From: Rhodocyclales bacterium
GTDB lineage: Bacteria > Pseudomonadota > Gammaproteobacteria > Burkholderiales > Rhodocyclaceae
Assembly: GCA_016235805.1 (NCBI GenBank)
Contig: JACRIY010000105.1
Location: 4,727-68,726, forward strand
Direction: 5' to 3'
DNA length: 64,000 nucleotides
This document shows, one piece after another, positions 1 to 10,274 of this stretch. Position 1 is the first letter of the stretch. The number at the start of each line of letters is the position of its first letter. A program made the translations under genes and the position numbers. The notes beneath the pieces are model-generated. The model worked only from the letters and a program-made list of their open reading frames with translations. It ran no database searches and was not told the DNA's origin.

Positions 1-22
1 AGTCGGCGCTGACGATACGGCG

Positions 23-898
23 ATGGGCGCGGATATTCTCGGCTTCTGGGAGCGCTTTTGCTGGCGCGGCCTGCTGTGGCTGGCCTGCCTGTGCGGCACG
101 GCTGCTGCCCAGACCGGGTCGGAGGCGGCGGCCGATCCGAACAGCGCGCTGGCCAACGAGGTCGTTACCGTGGCGCGCGGCGACTACGGCATTTCCGGGC
201 TGGTGACGCGACTGCCGGAGGCGAAGGCGTTCAAGCACGGCATCGCGCTGTTTCCGGGTTATCCATCGATCATGAAGCTGCGCGAGGAGGCGGGGCAGCC
301 GCGCTTCGAGCTGGGCGGAAATTTCCTGATCCGCTCGCGGCGCCACTGGGTGGACGCCGAAACCCTGGTGATTTCGGTCGACGCGCCGTCGGACGAGTGG
401 CGCAGCTTCAACCAGCATTTCCGCGCCACGCCGCGCTACGGGGCGGACGTGGCCGCGCTGCTGGCCGAGGCCGGGCGCCGCTACGGGATTGCCGAGTGGA
501 CGCTGGTCGGCACCAGCGAGGGCTCGGTGAGTGCTTTCCACGCGGCGCGAATGAATCCCGCGCTGGCGCCGCGCCTGATCCTGACGGCATCACTGATGAT
601 TCCCGGCCGCAACGGGCCGGGGCTTTCGGGCGTGGCCTGGAACGAACTGTCGTCGCGCCTGCTGTGGGTGCACCATGTCGACGACCCTTGTGCCTCGACT
701 CCGTTCCACGAGGCGCGGCGTCTGGCCGAGCTGACCCGCAGCCCGCTGCTGACGGTGCGCGGCGGCGGCCCGGCGCGCGGTGCGCCCTGCGAGGCGCGCA
801 GCGCGCACGGCTTTGTCGGCGTCGAACGCGAGACGGTGGCGGCGATGCTGGAGTGGTTGCGGAGCGGTCAGGCGGCCGCCGAGGTGGTCGCGAAGTAA
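23..898 (+). CDS. Exported alpha/beta-hydrolase-fold protein
   Basis: Signal-peptide-like N-terminus, GTSEG nucleophile elbow, candidate Asp (HHVDDPC) and His (AHGFVG). Confidence 0.7.
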   Translation: MGADILGFWERFCWRGLLWLACLCGTAAAQTGSEAAADPNSALANEVVTVARGDYGISGLVTRLPEAKAFKHGIALFPGYPSIMKLREEAGQPRFELGGNFLIRSRRHWVDAETLVISVDAPSDEWRSFNQHFRATPRYGADVAALLAEAGRRYGIAEWTLVGTSEGSVSAFHAARMNPALAPRLILTASLMIPGRNGPGLSGVAWNELSSRLLWVHHVDDPCASTPFHEARRLAELTRSPLLTVRGGGPARGAPCEARSAHGFVGVERETVAAMLEWLRSGQAAAEVVAK

Positions 899-917
899 GG
901 GGCCGGAGCCCCGACGC

Positions 918-3491
918 TCAGACCTGCAGCACGGCCAGCAGGTCCTGTTCGAGCCGGACCAGCGTGGCGGTTTGCGCCAGTTCCTTGCCGCTGATGAGGA
1001 AGACGTCCTCGACGCGTTCGCCCAGCGTGGCGATCTTGGCCGTGTGCAGGGTGATGCCGTGCTGGCCGAGTACGCGGGCGATGGCGTAGAGCAGGCCGGG
1101 GCGGTCGGCGGCGGTGATCGACATCAGGTACTGGCTGCCGCGTTCGTCGGCGCGGATCTCGACTTCGGGCGCCACCGGGAAATGCCGCACCAGGCGCGAC
1201 AGGCGCCCGCCCAGCGCGGCCGGCAGTTGCGGCTGGGCGACCAGCAGTTCGGCGATGTCGTGTTCGATGAGGCCGATCATGTCGCGGTAGGCCTGGCTGG
1301 CGTCGAAGGCGAAGACGACGAAGCTGTCCAGCGCGTAGCCGTGGCGGGTGGTGTGGATCTTGGCGTCGACGATGCTGTAGCCGAGCCGGGCGAAGAAGCC
1401 GCAGAGGCGGGCGAAGAGCAGCGCCTGGTCGCGCACGTAGACCATCACCTGCAGGCCGTCGCCCATCGGATTGAGCCGCGCCCGCACCACCGGCTTTTCG
1501 GCGGACGGGCAGTGGTAGAGGGTGCGCGCGTGCCAGGCGATCTCGTCGGCGGCGTGGCGCATGAAGTAGCCGGTGTCGAGCTGCTTCCACAGCTCGGCTT
1601 CGACCTCGGGCCGCAGGCCGTGGTAGCGCAGGATGCGGCGCGCCTCTTCCTGGCGTTCGGCGACGCCGGAAAGCTGCAGCACGGAGCTGCCTTTGAGCAC
1701 GCTGGCGGTCATGCGGAACAGGTCTTCGAGCAGCTTGCCCTTCCAGGTGTTCCACACCTTGGGGCTGGTGCCGCGGATGTCGGCGACGGTGAGCAGGTAG
1801 AGCGCGGTGAGCCGGCGCAGGTCGCCGACGCGGGCGGCAAAGGCGAGCACGACTTCGGGGTCGGCCAGGTCCTGCTTTTGCGCCACCTGCGACATGACGA
1901 GGTGCTGTTCGACGAGGAACACCACCAGCTCGGCATCGGCGCCGAGGATGCCGTGGTCCTTGCAGAAGCGGGCGGCGTCCTTCTTGCCCAGCTGGGAATG
2001 GTCGCCGCCGCGGCCCTTGGCGATGTCGTGGAACAGCGCGGCGATGTAGAGCAGCCAGCGCTTGTCGAAGCCGACCATCAGGCGCGAGCAGAACGGGTAT
2101 TCGTGGGCCAGTTCGGGCATGGCGAAGCGGCGCAGGTTGCGCATCACCTGCAGGATGTGCTGGTCGACGGTATAGACGTGGAACAGGTCGTGCTGCATCT
2201 GGCCGACGATGTTGCCGAAGGCGGGCAGGTAGCGGCCGAGGATGTCGAACTGGTTCATGCGCCGCATCGGGTGGATCAGGTGCTTTTGCTGGAACAGCCT
2301 GAGGAACAGTTCGCGGTTCTTCGAGTCGCGGCGGAAGGGGGCGTCGATGACGCCCAGGGCGCGCCACAGGGCGCGCATGGTGCGCGGGGTCATGCCCTTC
2401 AGTTCCGAGCGCTGCGCCTGCAGCAGGAAGCATTCGAGTATGGCGCGCGGGTGGCGCTGGAAGACGTCCTCCTCGCGCACGTCGAGCAGGTCACGTACCA
2501 ACTGGAAATGCTCGTCGATGATTATTGGGGGGCCCTGCCGGGGCGGCATCAGCCGGTCGGTCAGCACCTGCATGAGCAGGGTGTTTAGCTGCGTCACCAG
2601 CTTGGCATTGCGGAAATAGTGCTGCATCAGGACTTCGGAGGCGCGCTTGGCCGCGGTCGCGGCCATGCCCATGGCGACGGCGAGCTTTTCCTGGTGATCG
2701 AACAGCAGGCGGTCTTCGCGCCGTCCGGCGAGCACGTGGAGTTCGATGCGCAGGTCCGAGAGGATGCGGTCGGCGCGTTCCAGCTGGCGCACCTCGGGCA
2801 TGGTGATCAGGTCGGCGTCGGCCAGGGATTTCCAGTCTTGGCCGATGCCCGCCGCGCGCGCCACCCAGAGGATCACCTGCAGGTCGCGGATGCCGCCGGG
2901 GCTTTCCTTGCAGTTGGGTTCCAGGCTGTAGGGCGTTTCGTTGAACTTGGCGTAGCGCTCGGCCTGTTCGAGCTGCTTGGCCTGGAAGAACAGCGCGGGC
3001 TGCAGCGCCGCGTCGTAGCTTTGCTCGAAATCCGCAAAGAGGGTCCGCGCGCCGGCGAGGTAGCGCGCTTCGAGCAGGGAGGTCTGCACGGTGATGTCGC
3101 GCTCGGCTTCGTCCAGGCACTGGTCGATGCTGCGCACGCTGTGGCCGATGTCGAGGCCGATGTCCCAGAGCAGCCCGATCAGGTGTTCGAGCTGCGGCGC
3201 GGCTTCGGAATCCTTCTCGGTGTGGCGCTGGTCGGGGACGAGGATCAGCAGGTCGACGTCGGAGCCCGGATACAGTTGTCCGCGCCCGTAGCCGCCGACG
3301 GCCACCAGGGTAAATTCGGCGGACATTGCCAGCGCGTTCCAGACCTCGCGCAGGACGTCGTCGACCAGCGCGGCGCGGGCGGCCAGCAGCGTGGCGCCGC
3401 GCTTCGAGCGGCGCCATGCGGCGATGAGTTCCTGCTGTCCGTCGGCCAGGCGGCGGCGGGCGGTGGTGGCAAGTTCGCGCAGGTCGCTCAT
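918..3491 (-). CDS. glnD: PII uridylyltransferase/uridylyl-removing enzyme
   Basis: GGYGRG..SDVDL nucleotidyltransferase motif, HD domain (LFHDIAKG), two C-terminal ACT domains, adjacent to map. Confidence 0.97.
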   Translation of the reverse strand: MSDLRELATTARRRLADGQQELIAAWRRSKRGATLLAARAALVDDVLREVWNALAMSAEFTLVAVGGYGRGQLYPGSDVDLLILVPDQRHTEKDSEAAPQLEHLIGLLWDIGLDIGHSVRSIDQCLDEAERDITVQTSLLEARYLAGARTLFADFEQSYDAALQPALFFQAKQLEQAERYAKFNETPYSLEPNCKESPGGIRDLQVILWVARAAGIGQDWKSLADADLITMPEVRQLERADRILSDLRIELHVLAGRREDRLLFDHQEKLAVAMGMAATAAKRASEVLMQHYFRNAKLVTQLNTLLMQVLTDRLMPPRQGPPIIIDEHFQLVRDLLDVREEDVFQRHPRAILECFLLQAQRSELKGMTPRTMRALWRALGVIDAPFRRDSKNRELFLRLFQQKHLIHPMRRMNQFDILGRYLPAFGNIVGQMQHDLFHVYTVDQHILQVMRNLRRFAMPELAHEYPFCSRLMVGFDKRWLLYIAALFHDIAKGRGGDHSQLGKKDAARFCKDHGILGADAELVVFLVEQHLVMSQVAQKQDLADPEVVLAFAARVGDLRRLTALYLLTVADIRGTSPKVWNTWKGKLLEDLFRMTASVLKGSSVLQLSGVAERQEEARRILRYHGLRPEVEAELWKQLDTGYFMRHAADEIAWHARTLYHCPSAEKPVVRARLNPMGDGLQVMVYVRDQALLFARLCGFFARLGYSIVDAKIHTTRHGYALDSFVVFAFDASQAYRDMIGLIEHDIAELLVAQPQLPAALGGRLSRLVRHFPVAPEVEIRADERGSQYLMSITAADRPGLLYAIARVLGQHGITLHTAKIATLGERVEDVFLISGKELAQTATLVRLEQDLLAVLQV

Positions 3492-3510
3492 GCTGCCTGG
3501 GCGGCCATGG

Positions 3511-4320
3511 TCAGGGATTGATGTGGATGTGGGGAGGGCAGGACGGCGCGCCGGCGGACATGGTCAGGACTTCGACGCCGGTGTCGGTGACGCGCACGGT
3601 GTGTTCGAACTGGGCTGAAAGGCTGCGATCCTTGGTGACGATGGTCCAGCCGTCGGGAAGTTCGGAGATCGACGCCTTGCCGGCGTTGATCATCGGCTCG
3701 ATGGTGAACACCATGCCCGGCACCAGCAGCGGGCCCTCGGTGCCGCGCCCGTAATGCAGCACCTGCGGTTCTTCGTGGAAATTGCGGCCGATGCCATGGC
3801 CGCAGAATTCGCGCACCACCGAAAATCCGGCGCCTTCGGCATGCTTCTGGATCGCAGCGCCGACCACCCCCAGCGGCACTCCGGGCCGGACCTGGGCGAT
3901 GCCGATCCACATGCATTCGTGCGTCATGGAGACCAGGCGCCTGGCGAGGATCGAGGCATCGCCGACGCAGAAGGTGCGGCTGGTGTCGCCGTGCCAGCCC
4001 TCCTTGATGGTGGTGATGTCGAGGTTGACGATGTCGCCCTTCTTCAGCGCGCGATCATTGGGCACGCCATGGCAGACCTGGTGGTTCACCGAGGCGCAGA
4101 TCGACTTGGGATAGGGCGCGTAGCCGGGCGGCGCGTAGTTGAGCGGGGCGGGGATGCAACCCTGCACATCGACCATGTAGTCGTGGCAGAGCTGGTCGAG
4201 TTCCGCGGTGGTGACCCCCGGCTTGACGAAGGGTTCGATGTAGTCGAGGACTTCGCCGGCCAGGCGGCAGGCGATCCGCATGGCGGCGATGTCCTCGGCG
4301 GTTTTTATGGAAATGGCCAT
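3511..4320 (-). CDS. map: Methionine aminopeptidase type I
   Basis: CHGVP, GWHGDTS, GHGIG..FHEEP, FTIEPMIN and SAQFEHT motifs. Confidence 0.97.
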   Translation of the reverse strand: MAISIKTAEDIAAMRIACRLAGEVLDYIEPFVKPGVTTAELDQLCHDYMVDVQGCIPAPLNYAPPGYAPYPKSICASVNHQVCHGVPNDRALKKGDIVNLDITTIKEGWHGDTSRTFCVGDASILARRLVSMTHECMWIGIAQVRPGVPLGVVGAAIQKHAEGAGFSVVREFCGHGIGRNFHEEPQVLHYGRGTEGPLLVPGMVFTIEPMINAGKASISELPDGWTIVTKDRSLSAQFEHTVRVTDTGVEVLTMSAGAPSCPPHIHINP

Positions 4321-4453
4321 GGAAGCTCGGCTGTATCGGGGATGGGCATTCTAACGCTCATGGGGGCGGCAGCCACCGGTCGGCGCTCGAATACGCGCGG
4401 GTGCCTCGGGCCGGGCGACTTTGGCAAGCCGGCCTTGGCCGGTGGCCGGAACC

Positions 4454-5227
4454 TCAATCGAAGACGCGCTCGCCCTTGCGATAGAAGCGCACCGAATAGG
4501 CCACCTGGCCTTCGGGGTATTCCTTGGTGGCCACCGACTTGGTTTCGATTTCGTAGGCGAGTTCGTCGGAGAGCCGGCCGCAGACAGAATTCATGCTTTC
4601 GAGCAGACGGCTGCCGGGGTAGGCGTTGAGCACCAGGTGGTAGGGCGGGCAGGCGTCGCACATGCGCACCGAGCCGACGATGGGCGAACCGATGATGGTG
4701 AGGTCGCCGACGATCGGCGTCAGGTAGCAGGGGCCGGCATCCACGCCGATCGAAAGGCCGATGCCGCTGGGCTCGTTGCGCATGTTGGCGACGAAGGCCG
4801 GATAGTAGTAGCTGCGGAAGTTGTCCATCACCGAGCAGCAGAAGTCCAGCACCAGGTCCATGCAGTCGGCGAAGGACTTTTCCACCAGCCAGTAGCAGAT
4901 GAAGCCGTCGCCGGTGAACTTGTCGAACCAGCCGTCGTGGTAATGCAGCACGGTACGGAATTCGGCGACGAAATCGTCGAGGATCTTCGCGTACTGCGGA
5001 ATGTCGATGGACTCCTTGAGCACCGCCGAGGAACGCCGGATATCGACGGTCAGCACGATGGCCTCGATCGCGGTCAGCTCCCGGATGGCCTTGCGTATCG
5101 TCGAGGAGACGTTGGTACGGGTCGGATCGAGGCGGTCGAGCGGGGCGTGGCTGTGGAACTGGTGCTCGATGTTCGAGTCCGCGGTGAAGCGGTTGAGGGC
5201 AAAAAGGCTCACGGTCTGTATCTCCAA
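4454..5227 (-). CDS. Stand-alone class III adenylate/guanylate cyclase domain protein
   Basis: VDIRRSS, DKFTGDG, LSIGVDAG and TIIGSPIVGSVR align with class III cyclase motifs; the TTG start is uncertain. Confidence 0.8.
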   Translation of the reverse strand: MEIQTVSLFALNRFTADSNIEHQFHSHAPLDRLDPTRTNVSSTIRKAIRELTAIEAIVLTVDIRRSSAVLKESIDIPQYAKILDDFVAEFRTVLHYHDGWFDKFTGDGFICYWLVEKSFADCMDLVLDFCCSVMDNFRSYYYPAFVANMRNEPSGIGLSIGVDAGPCYLTPIVGDLTIIGSPIVGSVRMCDACPPYHLVLNAYPGSRLLESMNSVCGRLSDELAYEIETKSVATKEYPEGQVAYSVRFYRKGERVFD

Positions 5228-5343
5228 AAGAGAGTGCAGCGGGTCAGGAGCGTGCGGCGAAGGCGAAAAATAACACTGTTGTCATGGCTAAAGGCGATTT
5301 TCGGTGAATCGGGGCGTTTTGGCCCTGCGCCGGCTTCCGCGGC

Positions 5344-5372
5344 TTGTGCCCTGCGGCTCAAGCCGCTATAAT
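5344..5372 (+). promoter_or_regulatory. sigma70 promoter of rpsB-tsf
   Basis: TTGTGC-N17-TATAAT followed by a GC-rich discriminator CTCGCGC. Confidence 0.7.
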
Positions 5373-5379
5373 CTCGCGC

Positions 5380-5498
5380 TTGTCCGGGGCGTTCCCGGGC
5401 AAAATCCACACGTTCGGCGCCGATAGGGTGGCTTTCCGCAGCAATGCGGCGGAAAGCAGCACGGCCGGACGGAGGTTCAACCCAATCGGAGATAGTCC
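5380..5498 (+). ncRNA. rpsB (S2) autoregulatory leader, t44-like
   Basis: CCACACG...GGGTG...GGAGGTTCAACCC elements and stems, directly 5' of rpsB. Confidence 0.7.
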
Positions 5499-6248
5499 AT
5501 GAGCACTACCATGCGCCAGATGCTGGAGGCCGGCGTTCACTTCGGCCACCAGACCCGTTTCTGGAACCCCAAGATGGCCCCGTTCATCTTCGGTCATCGC
5601 AACAAGATCCACATCATCAACCTCGAAAAGACGCTGACCAAGTACCAGGAGGCGATGGCCTTCGTGCGCAAGATGGCGGCCAAGAAGGGCACCATCCTGT
5701 TCGTCAGCACCAAGCGCCAGGCGCGCGAGATCATCGCCGAGGAAGCCCAGCGTTGCGGCATGCCTTACGTCGACGATCGCTGGCTGGGCGGCATGATGAC
5801 CAACTTCAAGACGCTCAAGCTTTCGGTCAAGCGCCTGAAGGACCTCGAAGCGGCTACGGCCGAAGGCAATTTCGAGAAGCTGTCGAAGAAGGAAGCCCTG
5901 ACGCTGCAGCGCGAAATGGACAAGCTGAGGAAGTCCATCGGCGGCATCAAGGACATGGGCGGCCTGCCCGACGCGATCTTCATCATCGACGTCGGCTACC
6001 ACAAGATCGCCATCACCGAAGCCGGCAAGCTCGGCATCCCGGTGATCGGCGTGGTCGATACCAACCATTCCCCGGAAGGCGTCAGCTACGTGATTCCGGG
6101 CAATGACGACTCCTCCGGCGCGATCCGCCTCTACGCGCGCGGCGTGGCCGATGCCATCCTCGAAGGCAAGAGCCAGGGAATCAACGAGGTGGTGCAGCAG
6201 TTGGCCGGCGACGACGAGTTCGTCGAGGTCAGCGACGCAGCGGAGTAA
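5499..6248 (+). CDS. rpsB: 30S ribosomal protein S2
   Basis: [19 protein letters not shown] and PGNDD. Confidence 0.99.
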   Translation: MSTTMRQMLEAGVHFGHQTRFWNPKMAPFIFGHRNKIHIINLEKTLTKYQEAMAFVRKMAAKKGTILFVSTKRQAREIIAEEAQRCGMPYVDDRWLGGMMTNFKTLKLSVKRLKDLEAATAEGNFEKLSKKEALTLQREMDKLRKSIGGIKDMGGLPDAIFIIDVGYHKIAITEAGKLGIPVIGVVDTNHSPEGVSYVIPGNDDSSGAIRLYARGVADAILEGKSQGINEVVQQLAGDDEFVEVSDAAE

Positions 6249-6259
6249 GCGCCAGGCGT

Positions 6260-6335
6260 TTAGCCACAGAGGTCACAGAGGACACAGGGAAGAGCGGAGG
6301 GTTTCCTCTGTGATCGCTGTACCCTCTGTGGCCAA
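6260..6335. repeat. Palindromic element built of 9-nt CACAGAG units
   Basis: GCCACAGAGGTCACAGAGGACACAGGG...CTCTGTGATCGCTGTACCCTCTGTGGC. Confidence 0.75.
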
Positions 6336-6368
6336 CAGGTTCTAAGGTTTTGATTCTGGAGTAAAGCA

Positions 6369-7268
6369 ATGGCGGAAATTACCGCAAGCATGGTGAAGGA
6401 ACTGCGCGAGAAGACCGACGCGCCGATGATGGAATGCAAGAAGGCGCTGACGGAAGCCGCCGGCGACATGGCGAAAGCCGAGGAAATCCTGCGCGTCAAG
6501 CTCGGCAACAAGGCCAGCAAGGCCGCGACCCGCGTCGCCGCGGAAGGCGTCGTGGCGATCCACATGAGCGCCGACGGCAAGCTGGGCAGTATCTTCGAGA
6601 TCAACAGCGAGACCGACTTCGTCGCCAAGAACGACGAATTCCTCAAGCTGGCGGCCGATTGCGCGCAACTGGTGGCGGAAAAGAATCCGGCCGACGTCGC
6701 GGCGCTGTCCGCGCTGCCGCTGGGCGGCGGCACGGTCGAATCGACGCGCGCCGCGCTGGTGGGCAAGATCGGCGAGAACATGAGCATCCGCCGCTTCGTG
6801 CGCGTCGCGGCCAAGGGCAAGCTGGCCTCCTACATCCACGGCGGTTCGAAGATCGGCGTGCTGGTGGATGTGGTCGGCGGCGACGAGCAGCTGGCCAAGG
6901 ACCTGGCGATGCACATCGCCGCGTCGAAGCCGAAGTCTCTCGATTCCACGGGCGTGCCCGCGGAACTGCTGGACATGGAGCGCCGTATCGCGATCGAGAA
7001 GGCGCGCGAGGCCGGCAAGCCGGAAGCGATGCTGGAAAAGATCGCCGAGGGCACGGTGCAGAAGTACCTCAAGGACGTGACCCTGCTCGGCCAGGTGTTC
7101 GTCAAGGCCGAGGACGGCAAGCAGACCATCGAGCAGCTGCTCAAGGCCCGCGGCGCATCGGTAGCCAGCTTCACGCTGTTCATCGTCGGTGAAGGCATCG
7201 AGAAGAAGGTCAACGACTTCGCCGCCGAGGTGGCCGCCCAGGCCGCCGCTGCCGCCGGCAACAAGTAG
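6369..7268 (+). CDS. tsf: Elongation factor Ts
   Basis: [16 protein letters not shown] and [10 protein letters not shown]. Confidence 0.99.
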   Translation: MAEITASMVKELREKTDAPMMECKKALTEAAGDMAKAEEILRVKLGNKASKAATRVAAEGVVAIHMSADGKLGSIFEINSETDFVAKNDEFLKLAADCAQLVAEKNPADVAALSALPLGGGTVESTRAALVGKIGENMSIRRFVRVAAKGKLASYIHGGSKIGVLVDVVGGDEQLAKDLAMHIAASKPKSLDSTGVPAELLDMERRIAIEKAREAGKPEAMLEKIAEGTVQKYLKDVTLLGQVFVKAEDGKQTIEQLLKARGASVASFTLFIVGEGIEKKVNDFAAEVAAQAAAAAGNK

Positions 7269-7276
7269 GGCGTTCA

Positions 7277-7993
7277 ATGACCGCGCCGAAGTTTCGCCGC
7301 ATCCTGCTCAAGCTGTCGGGCGAGGCCCTGATGGGTGATGATGCTTATGGCATCAACACGGCGATGCTCGGCTCGATCGTGGGCGAAATCAAGGCGGTCA
7401 CCGATCTCGGCGTCGAAGTCGGCGTCGTGATCGGCGGCGGCAACATCTTCCGCGGCATCGCCGGCACAGCCACCGGCATGGATCGCGCCACGGCAGACTA
7501 CATGGGCATGCTGGCGACGGTGATGAACGCCATGGCGCTGTCCGATGCCATGCGCCAGGCCGGGATCAACGCCCGCGTGCAGTCGGCGCTCAACATCGAG
7601 CAGGTGGTCGAGCCCTACATCCGCGGCAAGGCGATCCGCTACCTGGAAGAGGGCAAGGTGGTGATCTTCGGCGCCGGCACCGGCAATCCCTTCTTCACCA
7701 CCGATACGGCGGCGGCCCTGCGCGGTTCGGAGATCGGCGCCGAGATCGTGCTCAAGGCGACCAAGGTCGATGGCATCTACACCGCCGACCCGAAAAAGGA
7801 CGCGACCGCCACCCGCTTCACCCGCATCAGTTTCGACGAGGCGATCAGCCGCAACCTCGCGGTGCTGGATGCCACGGCCTTCGCGCTGTGCCGCGACCAG
7901 AAACTGCCGATCAACGTGTTCTCGATCTTCAAGACGGGGGCGCTGAAGCGCGTGGTGATGGGCGAGGACGAAGGAACACTGGTTCACGTTTAG
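7277..7993 (+). CDS. pyrH: UMP kinase
   Basis: [27 protein letters not shown]. Confidence 0.99.
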   Translation: MTAPKFRRILLKLSGEALMGDDAYGINTAMLGSIVGEIKAVTDLGVEVGVVIGGGNIFRGIAGTATGMDRATADYMGMLATVMNAMALSDAMRQAGINARVQSALNIEQVVEPYIRGKAIRYLEEGKVVIFGAGTGNPFFTTDTAAALRGSEIGAEIVLKATKVDGIYTADPKKDATATRFTRISFDEAISRNLAVLDATAFALCRDQKLPINVFSIFKTGALKRVVMGEDEGTLVHV

Positions 7994-8001
7994 GAGGGGG
8001 C

Positions 8002-8559
8002 ATGATTCCCGAACTGAAAAAGACTTCCGAACACAAGATGCAGAAGAGCCTTGAGGCGCTCAAGGCCGACCTCGCCAAGGTGCGCACCGGGCGCGCGCAT
8101 ACGGGCATCCTCGACCACGTGATGGTCGACTACTACGGTTCGCCAGTGGCGATCACGCAGGTTGCCAACGTGACCCTGATCGATGCCCGCACGATCGGCG
8201 TGCAGCCCTGGGAAAAGCCCATGGTGGCCAAAGTGGAGAAGGCGATTCGCGATTCGGACCTGGGCCTCAACCCGTCCAGCCAGGGCGAGATCATCCGCGT
8301 TCCGATGCCGGCGCTGACCGAGGAACGTCGGCGCGACCTGATCAAGGTGATCAAGCACGAGGGCGAGAATGCCAAGGTGGCGATTCGCAACCTGCGCCGC
8401 GATGCGATCGCCCATTTGAAGGACGCGCTGAAGAAGAAGGAAATCTCCGAGGACGACGAGCGTCGCGCCCTCGACGACATGCAAAGGCTGACCGATCGCT
8501 ACGTTGCGGAAGTCGACCGCTCGCTGGCGGACAAAGAGAAGGACTTGATGGCAATCTGA
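8002..8559 (+). CDS. frr: Ribosome recycling factor
   Basis: RTGRA and P.LTEERR motifs; ATG 8002 preceded by AGGAGG. Confidence 0.98.
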   Translation: MIPELKKTSEHKMQKSLEALKADLAKVRTGRAHTGILDHVMVDYYGSPVAITQVANVTLIDARTIGVQPWEKPMVAKVEKAIRDSDLGLNPSSQGEIIRVPMPALTEERRRDLIKVIKHEGENAKVAIRNLRRDAIAHLKDALKKKEISEDDERRALDDMQRLTDRYVAEVDRSLADKEKDLMAI

Positions 8560-8665
8560 GGACGGGCGACCGGATCCATGATCCATCCCGACCTGCGCCG
8601 TCGGGAACCCGTGTTCCGGTTGCCTGATTCCAGTTCGCAGTCTTCTGTCTTCTGAAAGGCGTGCC

Positions 8666-9478
8666 ATGGCAGGAAAATTCACCAGCTCGACGCAGGCGAT
8701 TCCGGAAGTAGGCACGGTTCCGCGCCATATCGCGATCATCATGGACGGCAACGGCCGCTGGGCTAAGAAGCGCTTCATGCCGCGCGTCGCCGGTCACAAG
8801 CGCGGTGTCGAGACGGTGCGGGCGATGGTCAAGGCCTGCATCGCGCGCGGCGTCGATTACCTGACCCTGTTTGCCTTTTCCTCCGAAAACTGGCGGCGGC
8901 CGGTGGAGGAAGTGTCCTTCCTGATGAACCTGTTCGTCAGCGCCCTGCAGAATGAAATCAGCAAGCTGCACGCCAATGGCGTCCGGCTCAAGGTGGTGGG
9001 CGACCTGTCGGCCTTCGAGCCGCGACTGATTGCGCTGATCCGCGAGGGCGAGGCGAAGACCGCGAACAATACGCGGCTGACGCTGACCATCGCCGCCAAC
9101 TACGGCGGGCGCTGGGACATCCTGCAGGCCATGAACCAGCTCGCGCTGGCGCATCCGGAGAAGGCCGGCGCCTTCGGTGAGGCGGACCTCGCCCCCCATC
9201 TGGTGATGGCCTACGCACCGGAACCGGATCTGTTCGTGCGTACCGGCGGCGAAAAGCGCATCAGCAATTTCCTGCTCTGGCAACTGGCCTACAGCGAACT
9301 GCACTTCACCGATACGCTGTGGCCGGATTTCGACGACGCCGCGCTGGATCTCGCCATCGCGTCCTACTGCCAGCGCGAGCGCCGCTTCGGACGCACCAGC
9401 GAACAGCTCGCCGGGCAGACGCCCGCCGTATCGCCAGCGCCGACTATCGAGTCATCCGCCAGCCGCCGCGATGCTTAG
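8666..9478 (+). CDS. uppS: Undecaprenyl diphosphate synthase
   Basis: [37 protein letters not shown]. Confidence 0.98.
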   Translation: MAGKFTSSTQAIPEVGTVPRHIAIIMDGNGRWAKKRFMPRVAGHKRGVETVRAMVKACIARGVDYLTLFAFSSENWRRPVEEVSFLMNLFVSALQNEISKLHANGVRLKVVGDLSAFEPRLIALIREGEAKTANNTRLTLTIAANYGGRWDILQAMNQLALAHPEKAGAFGEADLAPHLVMAYAPEPDLFVRTGGEKRISNFLLWQLAYSELHFTDTLWPDFDDAALDLAIASYCQRERRFGRTSEQLAGQTPAVSPAPTIESSASRRDA

Positions 9479-10274
9479 GACGCGGGTCATCACCGCGCTG
9501 CTGCTGGTTGCGGGCCTGGCGCTGATCCTCTTCGCGCTGCCGCCGCTGGCGGCGGTGCTCACCTTCGCCCTGATCGCCGCGCTGGCGGCGTGGGAGTGGG
9601 GCGGCCTGATGCGCCAGGGCCAGCCGGCGCGCTTCATGTATGCCTTCGTGCTGCTGCTGTTCTGCTGGCAGCTCAGCGTGGCGGCTCCCGAGCTGGTGCC
9701 GGTGCTGCTCGGCATCTCGGCGGCCTTCTGGATTTTCGTCGTGCCGCTGTGGTTCCGCTTCAAATGGACCCTCGCCGGCAACGATTTTTTCGGTTACCTG
9801 CTCGGCGCGCTGGTGATCCTGCCGACCTGGGCGGCGATGGTGGCCCTGCATGCGGTCGGTACCTGGCTGTTGCTGGCGGCCATGGCGCTGGTCTGGGTCG
9901 CCGACATCGCCGCCTACTTTACCGGCCGTGCCTTCGGCCGCCACAAGCTGGCGCCCACCATCAGCCCGGGCAAGACTTGGGAAGGCGTCGCCGGAGCGGT
10001 CGTCGGCGTCCTCGCCTATGGCGGCATCGTGTTCTCGTTCACGCCGCTGGCAGGCAAGCTGCCGCTGTCGATGCCCGTGATCGTGCTGATGCTCGTCCTG
10101 CTCACCGCAGTCAGCGTGATGGGCGACCTGTTCGAATCCCTGCTCAAGCGCCAGGCCGGCATCAAGGACAGCAGCAACCTCCTGCCCGGGCATGGCGGCG
10201 TGCTCGACCGCATCGACGCGCTGACCTCGACCCTGCCGCTGGCGGCATTGATTTTGCATTTCGTCCGCACATGA
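9471..10274 (+). CDS. cdsA: Phosphatidate cytidylyltransferase
   Basis: [26 protein letters not shown]. Confidence 0.97.
   Translation: MLRTRVITALLLVAGLALILFALPPLAAVLTFALIAALAAWEWGGLMRQGQPARFMYAFVLLLFCWQLSVAAPELVPVLLGISAAFWIFVVPLWFRFKWTLAGNDFFGYLLGALVILPTWAAMVALHAVGTWLLLAAMALVWVADIAAYFTGRAFGRHKLAPTISPGKTWEGVAGAVVGVLAYGGIVFSFTPLAGKLPLSMPVIVLMLVLLTAVSVMGDLFESLLKRQAGIKDSSNLLPGHGGVLDRIDALTSTLPLAALILHFVRT

Noticed and set aside
780-2588. Long antisense ORFs such as 780-2588, 12526-14262, 24880-26145, 27935-29299, 38585-39898 and 58681-60468
   Set aside because: They are shadow frames of well-supported genes in high-GC DNA and carry no recognisable motifs
4454-5227. Pycsar/CBASS defence system interpretation of the cyclase
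   Set aside because: No adjacent TM or TIR effector, housekeeping context and host-like codon usage
6260-6335. CRISPR or tRNA interpretation of the short repeats
   Set aside because: The units are 9 nt without spacers, no cas genes are present and there is no cloverleaf
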